Assembly (NCBI GenBank): GCA_964016885.1
Contig: OZ024744.1
Coordinates: forward strand, 130,510,001 to 130,574,000
From: Eledone cirrhosa
Taxonomy: Eukaryota
DNA length: 64,000 nt
Direction of reading: 5' to 3'
Below are positions 1 to 10,060 of this stretch, piece by piece. Made by a program: the position numbers and the translations under genes. The notes beneath the pieces are model-generated. The model was given only the letters and a program-made list of their open reading frames with translations. It made no database searches and was not told where the DNA came from. Positions within the stretch are counted from its first letter, which is position 1, and each line of letters starts with the position of its first letter.

Positions 1-2441
1 GTTAATTTGGGGTTAAGTTAAGTTGGGGTTAAGTTAAGTTGGGTTTAAGTTAAGTTGGGGTTAAATTAAGTTGGGGTTAAATTAAGTTGGGGTTAAGTTA
101 AGTTGGGGGTAAGTTAAGTTGGGGGCAAGTTAAGTTGGGGTGAATGTAAGTTGGGGTTAAATTAAGTTGGGGTTACGTTAAGTTGGTGTTAAGTTAAGTT
201 GGGGTTAATTTAAGTTGGGGTTAATTAAGTTGGGGTTAAGTTAAGTTGGGGTTAAGTTAAGTTGGGGCTGAGTTAAGTTGGGGCTGAGTTAAGTTGGAGC
301 TAAGTTAAGTTGGGGTTGAGTTAAGTTGGGGTTAAGTTGGGGTTAAGTTAAGTTAGGTTTAAGTTAAGTTGGGGTTAAGTTAAGTTGGGGTTAAGTTAAG
401 TTGGGGTTAAGTTAAGTTGGGGTTAAGTTAAGTTGGGGTTAAGTTAATTTGTGGTTAAGTTAAGTTGTGGTTAAGTTAAGTTGGGGTTAAGTTAAGTTGG
501 GGTTAAGTTAAGTCGGGGTTAAGTTAAGTTGGGGTTAAGTTAAGTTGGGGTTAATTTAAGTTGGGGTTAAGTTAAGTTGGGGTTATGTTAAGTTGGGTTT
601 AAGTTAAGTTGGGGTTAAGTTAAGTTGAGGTTAAGTTAAGTTGGGGTTAAATTAAGTTGGGGTTAAGTTAAGTTGGGGTAAAGTTAAGTTGGGGTTAAGT
701 TAAGTTGGGGATAAGTTAAGTTGGGGATAATTTAAGTTGGGGTTAAGTTAAGTTGGGTTTAAGTTAAGTTGGGGTTAAGTTAAGTTGGGGTTAAGTTAAG
801 TTGGCTTAAGTTAAGTTGGGGTTAAGTTAAGTTGGGGCTAAGTTAAGTTGGGGCTGAGTTAAGTTGGGGTTAAGTTAAATTGGGGTTAAGTTAAGTTGGG
901 GTTAAGTTAAGTTGGGGTTAAGTTAAGTTGGGGTTTATTTAAGTTGGGGTTAAGTTAAGTTGGGGTTCAGTTAAGTTGGGGTTCAGTTAAGTTGGGGTTA
1001 AGTTAAGTTGGGGTTAAGATGGGGTTAAATTAAGTTGGGGTTAAGTTAAGTTGGGGTTAAGTTAAGTTGGGGTTAAGATAAGTCGGGGTTAAGTTAAGTT
1101 GTGGTTGAGTTAAGTTGGGGTTAATTTAAGTTGGGGCTAAGTTAATTTGTGGTTAAGTTAAGTTGGGGTTAAGTTAAGTTGGGGTTAAGTTAAGTTGGGG
1201 TTGAGTTAAGTTGGGGTTGAGTTAATTTGGGGTTAAGTTAAGTTGGGGTTAAGTTAAGTTGGGTTTAAGTTAAGTTGGGGTTAAATTAAGTTGGGGTTAA
1301 ATTAAGTTGGGGTTAAGTTAAGTTGGGGGTAAGTTAAGTTGGGGGCAAGTTAAGTTGGGGTGAATGTAAGTTGGGGTTAAATTAAGTTGGGGTTACGTTA
1401 AGTTGGTGTTAAGTTAAGTTGGGGTTAATTTAAGTTGGGGTTAATTAAGTTGGGGTTAAGTTAAGTTGGGGTTAAGTTAAGTTGGGGTTAATTTAAGTTG
1501 GGGTTGAGTTAAGTTGGGGTTAAGTTAAGTTGGGGTTATATTAAGTTGGGGTTAAGTTAAGTTGGGGTTCAGTTAAGTTGGGGTTAAGTTAAGTTGGGGT
1601 TAAGTTAAGTTGGGGCTAAGTTAAGTTGGGGCTGAGTTAAGTTGGGGCTGAGTTAAGTTGGAGCTAAGTTAAGTTGGGGTTGAGTTAAGTTGGGGTTAAG
1701 TTGGGGTTAAGTTAAGTTAGGTTTAAGTTAAGTTGGGGTTAAGTTAAGTTGGGGTTAAGTTAAGTTGGGGTTAAGTTAAGTTGGGGTTAAGTTAAGTTGG
1801 GGTTAAGTTAATTTGTGGTTAAGTTAAGTTGTGGTTAAGTTAAGTTGGGGTTAAGTTAAGTTGGGGTTAAGTTAAGTCGGGGTTAAGTTAAGTTGGGGTT
1901 AAGTTAAGTTGGGGTTAATTTAAGTTGGGGTTAAGTTAAGTTGGGGTTATGTTAAGTTGGGTTTAAGTTAAGTTGGGGTTAATTTAAGTTGAGGTTAAGT
2001 TAAGTTGGGGTTAAATTAAGTTGGGGTTAAGTTAAGTTGGGGTAAAGTTAAGTTGGGGTTAAGTTAAGTTGGGGATAAGTTAAGTTGGGGATAATTTAAG
2101 TTGGGGTTAAGTTAAGTTGGGTTTAAGTTAAGTTGGGGTTAAGTTAAGTTGGGGTTAAGTTAAGTTGGCTTAAGTTAAGTTGGGGTTAAGTTAAGTTGGG
2201 GCTAAGTTAAGTTGGGGCTGAGTTAAGTTGGGGTTAAGTTAAATTGGGGTTAAGTTAAGTTGGGGTTAAGTTAAGTTGGGGTTAAGTTAAGTTGGGGTTT
2301 ATTTAAGTTGGGGTTAAGTTAAGTTGGGGTTCAGTTAAGTTGGGGTTCAGTTAAGTTGGGGTTAAGTTAAGTTGGGGTTAAGATGGGGTTAAATTAAGTT
2401 GGGGTTAAGTTAAGTTGGGGTTAAGTTAAGTTGGGGTTAAG
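1..2441 (+). repeat. Tandem duplication of a ~1,364-bp higher-order unit (partial copy 1-1077 lacking 144 bp; full copy 1078-2441)
   Basis: Rare variants recur: TGAATGTAAG at 141 and 1361, GGAGC near 300 and 1664, and TTAGGTTT at 355 and 1719 (offset 1364). The 1220 vs 1364 offsets differ by 144 bp = 9 monomers. Confidence 0.85.
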
Positions 2442-3011
2442 CTAAGTTGGGGTTAAGTTAAGTCGGGGTTAAGTTAAGTCGGGGTTAAGTTAAGTTAGGG
2501 TTCAGTTAAGTTGGGGTTAAGTTAAGTTGGGGTTGAGTTAAGTTGGGGTTGAGTTAAGTTGGGGTTAAGTTAAGTTGGGGTTAAGTTAAGTTGCAGTTAA
2601 GTTAAGTTGAGGTTAAGTTAAGGTGCGATTAAGTTAAGTGGGGGTTAAGTTAAGTTGGGGCTAAGTTAAGTTGGGGCTAAGTTAAGTTGGGGCTAAGTTA
2701 AGTTGGTGTTAAGTTAAGTCGGGGTTAAGTTAAGTTGGGGTTAAGTTAAGTTGGGGTTAATTTAAGTTGGGGTTAAGTTAAGTTGGGGTTAAGTTAAGTT
2801 GGGGTTAAGTTAAGTTGGGGTTGAGTTAAGTTGGGTTTAAGTTAAGTTGGGGTTAAGTTAAGTTGGGGTCAAGTTAAGTTGGGGTTAAGTTAAGTTGGTT
2901 AGTTAAGTTGAGTTTAAGTTAAGTTGGGGTTAATTTATGTTGGGGTTAAGTTAAGTTGGGGTTGAGTTACGTTGGGGTTGAGTGAAGTTGGGGTTAAGTT
3001 AAGTTGGGGTT

Positions 3012-3115
3012 AACCCCAACTTCACTCAACACCAACTTAAGTCAACCCCAACTTAACTTAACCCCAACTTGACTTAACCCCAACTTAAATTAGCCCCAAC
3101 TTAACTTAAGCCCAA
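3012..3115 (-). repeat. Inverted satellite island, short allele A (104 bp, 6.5 monomers in reverse orientation)
   Basis: Sequence switches to AACCCCAACTTCACTC-AACACCAACTTAAGTC-...-AAGCCCAA after the GGGGTT|AACCCC junction at 3011/3012, then returns to G-rich orientation. Confidence 0.97.
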
Positions 3116-6100
3116 AATCGGGGTTAAGTTAAGTTGGCGTTATGTTAAGTCAGGCTTAACTTAAGTTGGGGTTCAGTTAAGTTGGGGGTAAGTTAAGTTG
3201 GGGTTAAGTTAAGTTGCGGTTAAGTTGGGGTTAAGTTAAGTTAGGGTTAAGTTAAGTTGGGGTTGAGTTAAGTTGGGGTTAATTAAGTGGTGGTTATGTT
3301 AAGTTGGGGTTAATTTAAATTGGGGTTAAGTTAACTTTGTGGTTAAGTTAAGTCGGGGTTAAGTTAAGTTGGGGTTAAGTTGGGGTTGAGTTAAGTTGGG
3401 GTTGAGTGAAGTTGGGGTTAAGTTAAGTTGGGGTAAAGTTAAGTTGGGGTAAAGTTAAGTTGGGGTTAATTTAAGTTGGGGCTAAGTTAATTTGTGGTTA
3501 AGTTAAGTTGGGGTTAAGTTAAGTTGGGGTTAAGTTAAGTTGGGGTTGAGTTAAGTTGGGGTTGAGTTAAGTTGGGGTTAAATTAAGTTGGGGTCAAGTT
3601 AAGTTGGGGTTAAGTTGGGGTTAAGTTAAGTTAGGTTTAAGTTAAGTTGGGGTTAAGTTAAGTTGGGGTTAAGTTAAGTTGGGGTTAAGTTAAGTTGGGG
3701 TTAAGTTAATTTGTGGTTAAGTTAAGTTGGGGTTAAGTTAAGTTGGGGTTAAGTTAAGTTGGTGTTAAGTTAAGTTGGGGCTAAGTTAAGTTGGGGCTGA
3801 GTTAAGTTGGGGCTGAGTTAAGTTGGGGCTAAGTTAAGTTGGGGTTGAGTTAAGTTGGGGTTAAGTTGGGGTTAAGTTAAGTTAGGTTTAAGTTAAGTTG
3901 GGGTTAAGTTAAGTTGGGGTTAAGTTAAGTTGGGGTTAAGTTAAGTTGGGGTTAAGTTAAGTTGGGGTTAAGTTAATTTGTGGTTAAGTTAAGTTGTGGT
4001 TAAGTTAAGTTGGGGTTAAGTTAAGTTGGGGTTAAGTTAAGTCGGGGTTAAATTAAGTTGGGGTTAAGTTAAGTTGGGGTTAATTTAAGTTGGGGTTAAG
4101 TTAAGTTGGGGTTAAGTTAAGTTGGGGTTAAGTTAATTGGGGTTAAGTTAAGTTGAGGTTAAGTTAAGTTGGGGTTAAATTAAGTTGGGGTTAAGTTAAG
4201 TTGGGGTTAAGTTAAGTTGGGGTTAAGTTAAGTTGGGGATAAGTTAAGTTGGGGATAATTTAAGTTGGGGTTAAGTTAAGTTGGGTTTAAGTTAAGTTGG
4301 GGTTAAGTTAAGTTGGGGCTAAGTTAAGTTGGGGCTAAGTTAAGTTGGGGTTAAGTTAAGTTGGGGTTAAGTTAAGTCGTGGTTAAGTTATGTTGGGGTT
4401 AAGTTAAGTTGGGGTTAATTTAAGTTGGGGTTGAGTTAAGTTGGTGTTGAGTTAAGTTGGGTTTAAGTTAAGTTGGGGTTAAGTTAAGTTGCAGTTAAGT
4501 TAAGTTGAGGTTAAGTTAAGGTGCGGTTAAGTTAAGTTGGGGTTAAGTTAAGTTGGGGCTAAGTTAAGTTGGGGCTAAGTTACGTTGGGGTTCAGTTAAG
4601 TTGGGGTTAAGTTAAGTCGGGGTTAAGTTAAGTTGGGGTTAAGTTAAGTTGGGGTTAATTTAAGTTGGGGTTAAGTTAAGTTGGGGTTAATTTAAGTTGG
4701 GGTTAAGTTAAGTTGGGGTTAAGTTAAGTCGGGGTTAATTTAAGTCGGGGTTAAGTTAAGTTAGGGTTCAGTTAAGTTGGGGTTAAGTTAAGTTGGGGTT
4801 GAGTTAAGTTGGGGTTGAGTTATATTGGGGTTGAGTTAAGTTGGGGTTGAGTTAAGTTGGTGTTGAGTTAAGTTGGGGTTAAGTTAAGTTGGGGTTAAGT
4901 TAAGTTGCAGTTAAGTTAAGTTGAGGTTAAGTTAAGGTGGGGTTAAGTTAAATCGGGGTTAAGTTAAGTTGTGGTTGAGTTAAGTTGGGGTTAATTTAAG
5001 TTGGGGCTAAGTTAATTTGTGGTTACGTTAAGTTGGGGTTAAGTTAAGTTGGGGTTTATTTAAGTTGGGGTTGAGTTAAGTTGGGGTTGAGTTAATTTGG
5101 GGTTAAGTTAAGTTGGGGTTAAGTTAAGTTGGGTTTAAGTTAAGTTGGGGTTAAATTAAGTTGGGGTTAAATTAAGTTGGGGTTAAGTTAAGTTGGGGTT
5201 AAGTTAAGTTGGGGGCAAGTTAAGTTGGGGTTAATTTAAGTTGGGGTTAAATTATGTTGGGGTTACGTTAAGTTGGTGTTAAGTTAAGTTGGGGTTAATT
5301 TAAGTTGGGGTTAATTAAGTTGGGGTTAAGTTAAGTTGGGGTTAAGTTAAGTTGGGGTTAATTTAAGTTGGGGTTGAGTTAAGTTGGGGTTAAGTTAAGT
5401 TGGGGTTATATTAAGTTGGGGTTAAGTTAAGTTGGGGTTCAGTTAAGTTGGGGATAAGTTAAGTTGGGGTTAAGTTAAGTTGGGGTTAATTAAGTTGGGG
5501 TTAAGTTAAGTTGGGGTTAAGTTAAGTTGGGGCTAAGTTAAGTTGGGGCTGAGTTAAGTTGGGGCTGAGTTAAGTTGGGGTTAAGTTAATTTGGGGTTGA
5601 GTTAAGTTGGGGTTAAGTTAAGTTGGGGTTAAGTTAAGTTGGGGTTAAATTAAGTTGGGGTTAAGTTAAGTTGGGGTTAAGTTAAGTTGGGGTTAAGTTA
5701 AGTCGGGGATAAGTTAAGTTGGGGATAATTTAAGTTGGGGTTAAGTTAAGTTGGGTTTAAGTTAAGTTGGGGTTAAGTTAAGTTGGGGTTAAGTTAAGTT
5801 GGGGCTAAGTTAAGTTGGGGTTCAGTTAAGTTGGGGTTAAGTTAAGTTGGGGTTAAGATGGGGTTAAATTAAGTTGGGGTTAAGTTAAGTTGGGGTTAAG
5901 TTAAGTTGGGGTTAAGTTAAGTTGGGGTTAAGTTAAGTCGGGGTTAAGTTAAGTCGGGGTTAAGTTAAGTTAGGGTTCAGTTAATTGGGGTTAAGTTAAG
6001 TTGGGGTTGAGTTAAGTTGGGGTTGAGTTAAATTGGGGTTGAGTTAAGTTGGGGTTGAGTTAAGTTGGTGTTGAGTTAAGTTGGGGTTAAGTTAAGTTGG

Positions 6101-7228
6101 GGTTAAATTAAGTTGGGGTTAAATTAAGTTGGGGTTAAGTTAAGTTGGGGGTAAGTTAAGTTGGGGGCAAGTTAAGTTGGGGTTAATTTAAGTTGGGGTT
6201 AAATTAAGTTGGGGTTACGTTAAGTTGGTGCTAAGTTAAGTTGGGGTTAATTTAAGTTGGGGTTAATTAAGTTGGGGTTAAGTTAAGTTGGGGTTAAGTT
6301 AAGTTGGGGTTAATTTAAGTTGGGATTGAGTTAAGTTGGGGTTAAGTTAATTTGGGGTTATATTAAGTTGGGGTTAAGTTAAGTTGGGGTTCAGTTAAGT
6401 TGGGGTTAAGTTAAGTTGGGGTTAAGTTAAGTTGAGGTTAAGTTAAGTTGGGGTTAAGTTAAGTTGGTGTTAAGTCAAGTTGGGGCTAAGTTAAGTTGGG
6501 GCTGAGTTAAGTTGGGGCTGAGTTAAGTTGGGGCTAAGTTAAGTTGGGTTGAGTTAAGTTGGGGTTAAGTTGGGGTTAAGTTAAGTTAGGTTTAAGTTAA
6601 GTTGGGGTTAAGTTAAGTTGGGGTTAAGTTAAGTTGGGGTTAAGTTAAGTTGGGGTTAAGTTAAGTTGGGGTTAAGTTAATTTGGGGTTAATTTAATTTG
6701 TGGTTAAGTTAAGTTGTGGTTAAGTTAAGTTGGGGTTAAGTTAAGTTGGGGTTAATTTAAGTTGGGGTTAAGTTAAGTTGGGGTTAAGTTAAGTTGGGGT
6801 TAAGTTAAGTTGGGGTTAAGTTAAGTTGGGGATAATTTAAGTTGGGGTTAAGTTAAGTTTGAGTTTAAGTTAAGTTGGGGTTAAGTTAAGTTGGGGTTAA
6901 GTTAAGTTGGGGTTAAGTTAAGTTGGTTAGTTAAGTTGAGTTTAAGTTAAGTTGGGGTTAATTTAAGTTGGGGTTAATTTAAGCTGGGGTTAAGTTAAGT
7001 TGGGGTTAAGTTAAGTTGGGGTTAATTTAAGTTGGGGTTAAGTTAAGTTGGGGTTAAGTTAAGTCGGGGTTAAGTTAAGCTGGGGTTAAGTTAAGTTGGG
7101 GTTAAGTTAAGTTGGGGTTAAGTTAAGTTGGTTAGTTAAGTTGAGTTTAAGTTAAGTTGGGGTTAATTTAAGTTGGGGTTAAGTTAAGTTGGGGTTAAGT
7201 TAAGTTGGGGTTAAGTTAAGTTGGGGTT

Positions 7229-7403
7229 AACCCCAACTTAACTTAACCCCAACTTCACTCAACCCCAACGTAACTCAACCCCAACTTAACTTAACCCCAA
7301 CTTCACTCAACCCCAACTTAACTTAACCCCAACTTCACTCAACCCCAACTTCCAACTTGACTTAACCCCAACTTAACTTAGCCCCAACTTAACTTAAGCC
7401 CAA
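7229..7403 (-). repeat. Inverted satellite island, long allele B (175 bp), copy 1
   Basis: AACCCCAACTTAACTT-AACCCCAACTTCACTC-AACCCCAACGTAACTC-...-AAGCCCAA, the reverse complement of the monomer. Confidence 0.97.
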
Positions 7404-9885
7404 AGTCGGGGTTAAGTTAAGTTGGCGTTAAGTTAAGTTGGCGTTAAGTTAAGTTAGGCTTAACTTAAGTTGGGGTTCAGTTAAGTTGGGGGTAAGTTAA
7501 GTTGGGGTTAAGTTAAGTTAGGGTTAAGTTAAGTTGGGGTTGAGTTAAGTTGGGGTTAATTAAGTGGTGGTTATGTTAAGTTGGGGTTAAGTTAAGTTGG
7601 GGTTAATTTAAATTGGGGTTAAGTTAACTTTGTGGTTAAGTTAAGTTGGGGTTAAGTTAAGTTGGGGTAAAGTTGGGGTTGAGTTAAGTTGGGGTTGAGT
7701 GAAGTTGGGGTTAAGTTAAGTTGGGGTTAAGTTAAGTTGGGGTTAAGATAAGTCGGGGTTAAGTTAAGTTGTGATTGAGTTAAGTTGGGGTTAATTTAAG
7801 TTGGGGCTAAGTTAATTTGTGGTTAAGTTAAGTTGGGGTTAAGTTAAGTTGGGGTTAAGTTAAGTTGGGGTTGAGTTAAGTTGGGGCTGAGTTAATTTGG
7901 GTTTAAGTTAAGTTGGGGTTAAGTTAAGTTGGGTTTAAGTTAAGTTGGGGTTAAATTAAGTTGGGGTTAAATTAAGTTGGGGTTAAGTTAAGTTGGGGGT
8001 AAGTTAAGTTGGGGGCAAGTTAAGTTGGGGTTAATTTAAGTTGGGGTTAAATTAAGTTGGGGTTACGTTAAGTTGGTGTTAAGTTAAGTTGGGGTTAATT
8101 TAAGTTGGGGTTAATTAAGTTGGGGTTAAGTTAAGTTGGGGTTAAGTTAAGTTGGGGTTAATTTAAGTTGGGGTTGAGTTAAGTTGGGGTTAAGTTAAGT
8201 TGGGGTTATATTAAGTTGGGGTTAAGTTAAGTTGGGGTTCAGTTAAGTTGGGGTTAAGTTAAGTTGGGGTTAAGTTAAGTTGAGGTTAAGTTAAGTTGGG
8301 GTTAAGTTAAGTTGGTGTTAAGTTAAGTTGGGGCTAAGTTAAGTTGGGGCTGAGTTAAGTTGGGGCTGAGTTAAGTTGGGGCTAAGTTAAGTTGGGGTTG
8401 AGTTAAGTTGGGGTTAAGTTGGGGTTAAGTTAAGTTAGGTTTAAGTTAAGTTGGGGTTAAGTTAAGTTGGGGTTAAGTTAAGTTGGGGTTAAGTTAAGTT
8501 GGGGTTAAGTTAAGTTGGGGTTAAGTTAAGTTGGGGTTAAGTTAAGTTGGGGTTAAGTTAATTTGTGGTTAAGTTAAGTTGTGGTTAAGTTAAGTTGGTT
8601 AGTTAAGTTGAGTTTAAGTTAAGTTGGGGTTAAGTTAAGTTGGGGTTAAGTTAAGTTGGGGTTAAGTTAAGTCGGGGTTAAGTTAAGTTATGGTTCAGTT
8701 AAGTTGGGGTTAAGTTAAGTTGGGGTTGAGTTAAGTTGGGGTTGAGTTAAATTGGGGTTGAGTTAAGTTGGGGTTGAGTTAAGTTGGTGTTGAGTTAAGT
8801 TGGGGTTAAGTTAAGTTGGGGTTAAATTAAGTTGGGGTTAAATTAAGTTGGGGTTAAGTTAAGTTGGGGGTAAGTTAAGTTGGGGGCAAGTTAAGTTGGG
8901 GTTAATTTAAGTTGGGGTTAAATTAAGTTGGGGTTACGTTAAGTTGGTGTTAAGTTAAGTTGGGGTTAATTTAAGTTGGGGTTAATTAATGTTGGGGTTA
9001 AGTTAAGTTGGGGTTAAGTTAAGTTGGGGTTAAGTTAAGTTGAGGTTAAGTTAAGTTGGGGTTAAGTTAAGTTGGTGTTAAGTTAAGTTGGGGCTAAGTT
9101 AAGTTGGGGCTGAGTTAAGTTGGGGCTGAGTTAAGTTGGGGCTAAGTTAAGTTGGGGTTGAGTTAAGTTGGGGTTAAGTTGGGGTTAAGTTAAGTTAGGT
9201 TTAAGTTAAGTTGGGTTTAAGTTAAGTTGGGGTTAAGTTAAGTTGGGGTTAAGTTAAGTTGGGGTTAAGTTAAGTTGGGGTTAAGTTAAGTTGGGGTTAA
9301 GTTAAGTTGGGGTTAAGTTAAGTTGGGGTTAAGTTAAGTCGGGGTTAAGTTAAGTTGGGGTTAAGTTAAGTTGGGGTTAAGTTAAGTTGGGGTTAAGTTA
9401 AGTTGGAGTTAAGTTAAGTCGGGGTTAAGTTAAGTTGGGGTTAAGTTAAGTTGGGGTTAAGTTAAGTTGGGTTTAAGTTAAGTTGGGGATAATTTAAGTT
9501 GGGGTTAAGTTAAGTTTGAGTTTAAGTTAAGTTGGGGTTAAGTTAAGTTGGGGTTAAGTTAAGTTGGGGTTAAGTTGAGTTGGTTAGTTAAGTTGAGTTT
9601 AAGTTAAGTTGGGGTTAATTTAAGTTGGGGTTAAGTTAAGCTGGGGTTAAGTTAAGTTGGGGTTAATTTAAGTTGGGGTTAATTTAAGTTGGGGTTAAGT
9701 TAAGTTGGGGTTAAGTTAAGTCGGGGTTAAGTTAAGTTGGGGTTAAGTTAAGTTGGGGTTAAGTTAAGTTGAGGTTAAGTTAAGTTGGTTAGTTAAGTTG
9801 AGTTTAAGTTAAGTTGGGGTTAATTTAAGTTGGGGTTAAGTTAAGTTGGGGTTAAGTTAAGTTGGGGTTAAGTTAAGTTGGGGTT

Positions 9886-10060
9886 AACCCCAACTTAACT
9901 TAACCCCAACTTCACTCAACCCCAACGTAACTCAACCCCAACTTAACTTAACCCCAACTTCACTCAACCCCAACTTAACTTAACCCCAACTTCACTCAAC
10001 CCCAACTTCCAACTTGACTTAACCCCAACTTAACTTAGCCCCAACTTAACTTATGCCCAA
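9886..10060 (-). repeat. Inverted satellite island, allele B, copy 2 (TTATGCCCAA end variant)
   Basis: Same 175-bp sequence with one substitution near the right end. Confidence 0.97.

Noticed and set aside
3012-3115. Islands as fold-back chimeric-read artefacts
   Set aside because: They recur nine times with consistent sequence, private variants and flanks, they are not mirror images of the adjacent arm, and the orientation reverts after 104-175 bp.
7229-7403. Islands as MITEs or piggyBac-type TTAA insertions
   Set aside because: The islands consist solely of reverse-complement monomers, with no distinct terminal inverted repeats or demonstrable target-site duplication. All copies share the same flanks, so they spread by duplication and not by transposition.
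7202-7403. Intrinsic terminators or structured ncRNA genes at the hairpins
   Set aside because: The hairpins follow automatically from inverted satellite monomers; there is no associated gene, U-tract or recognisable RNA family.
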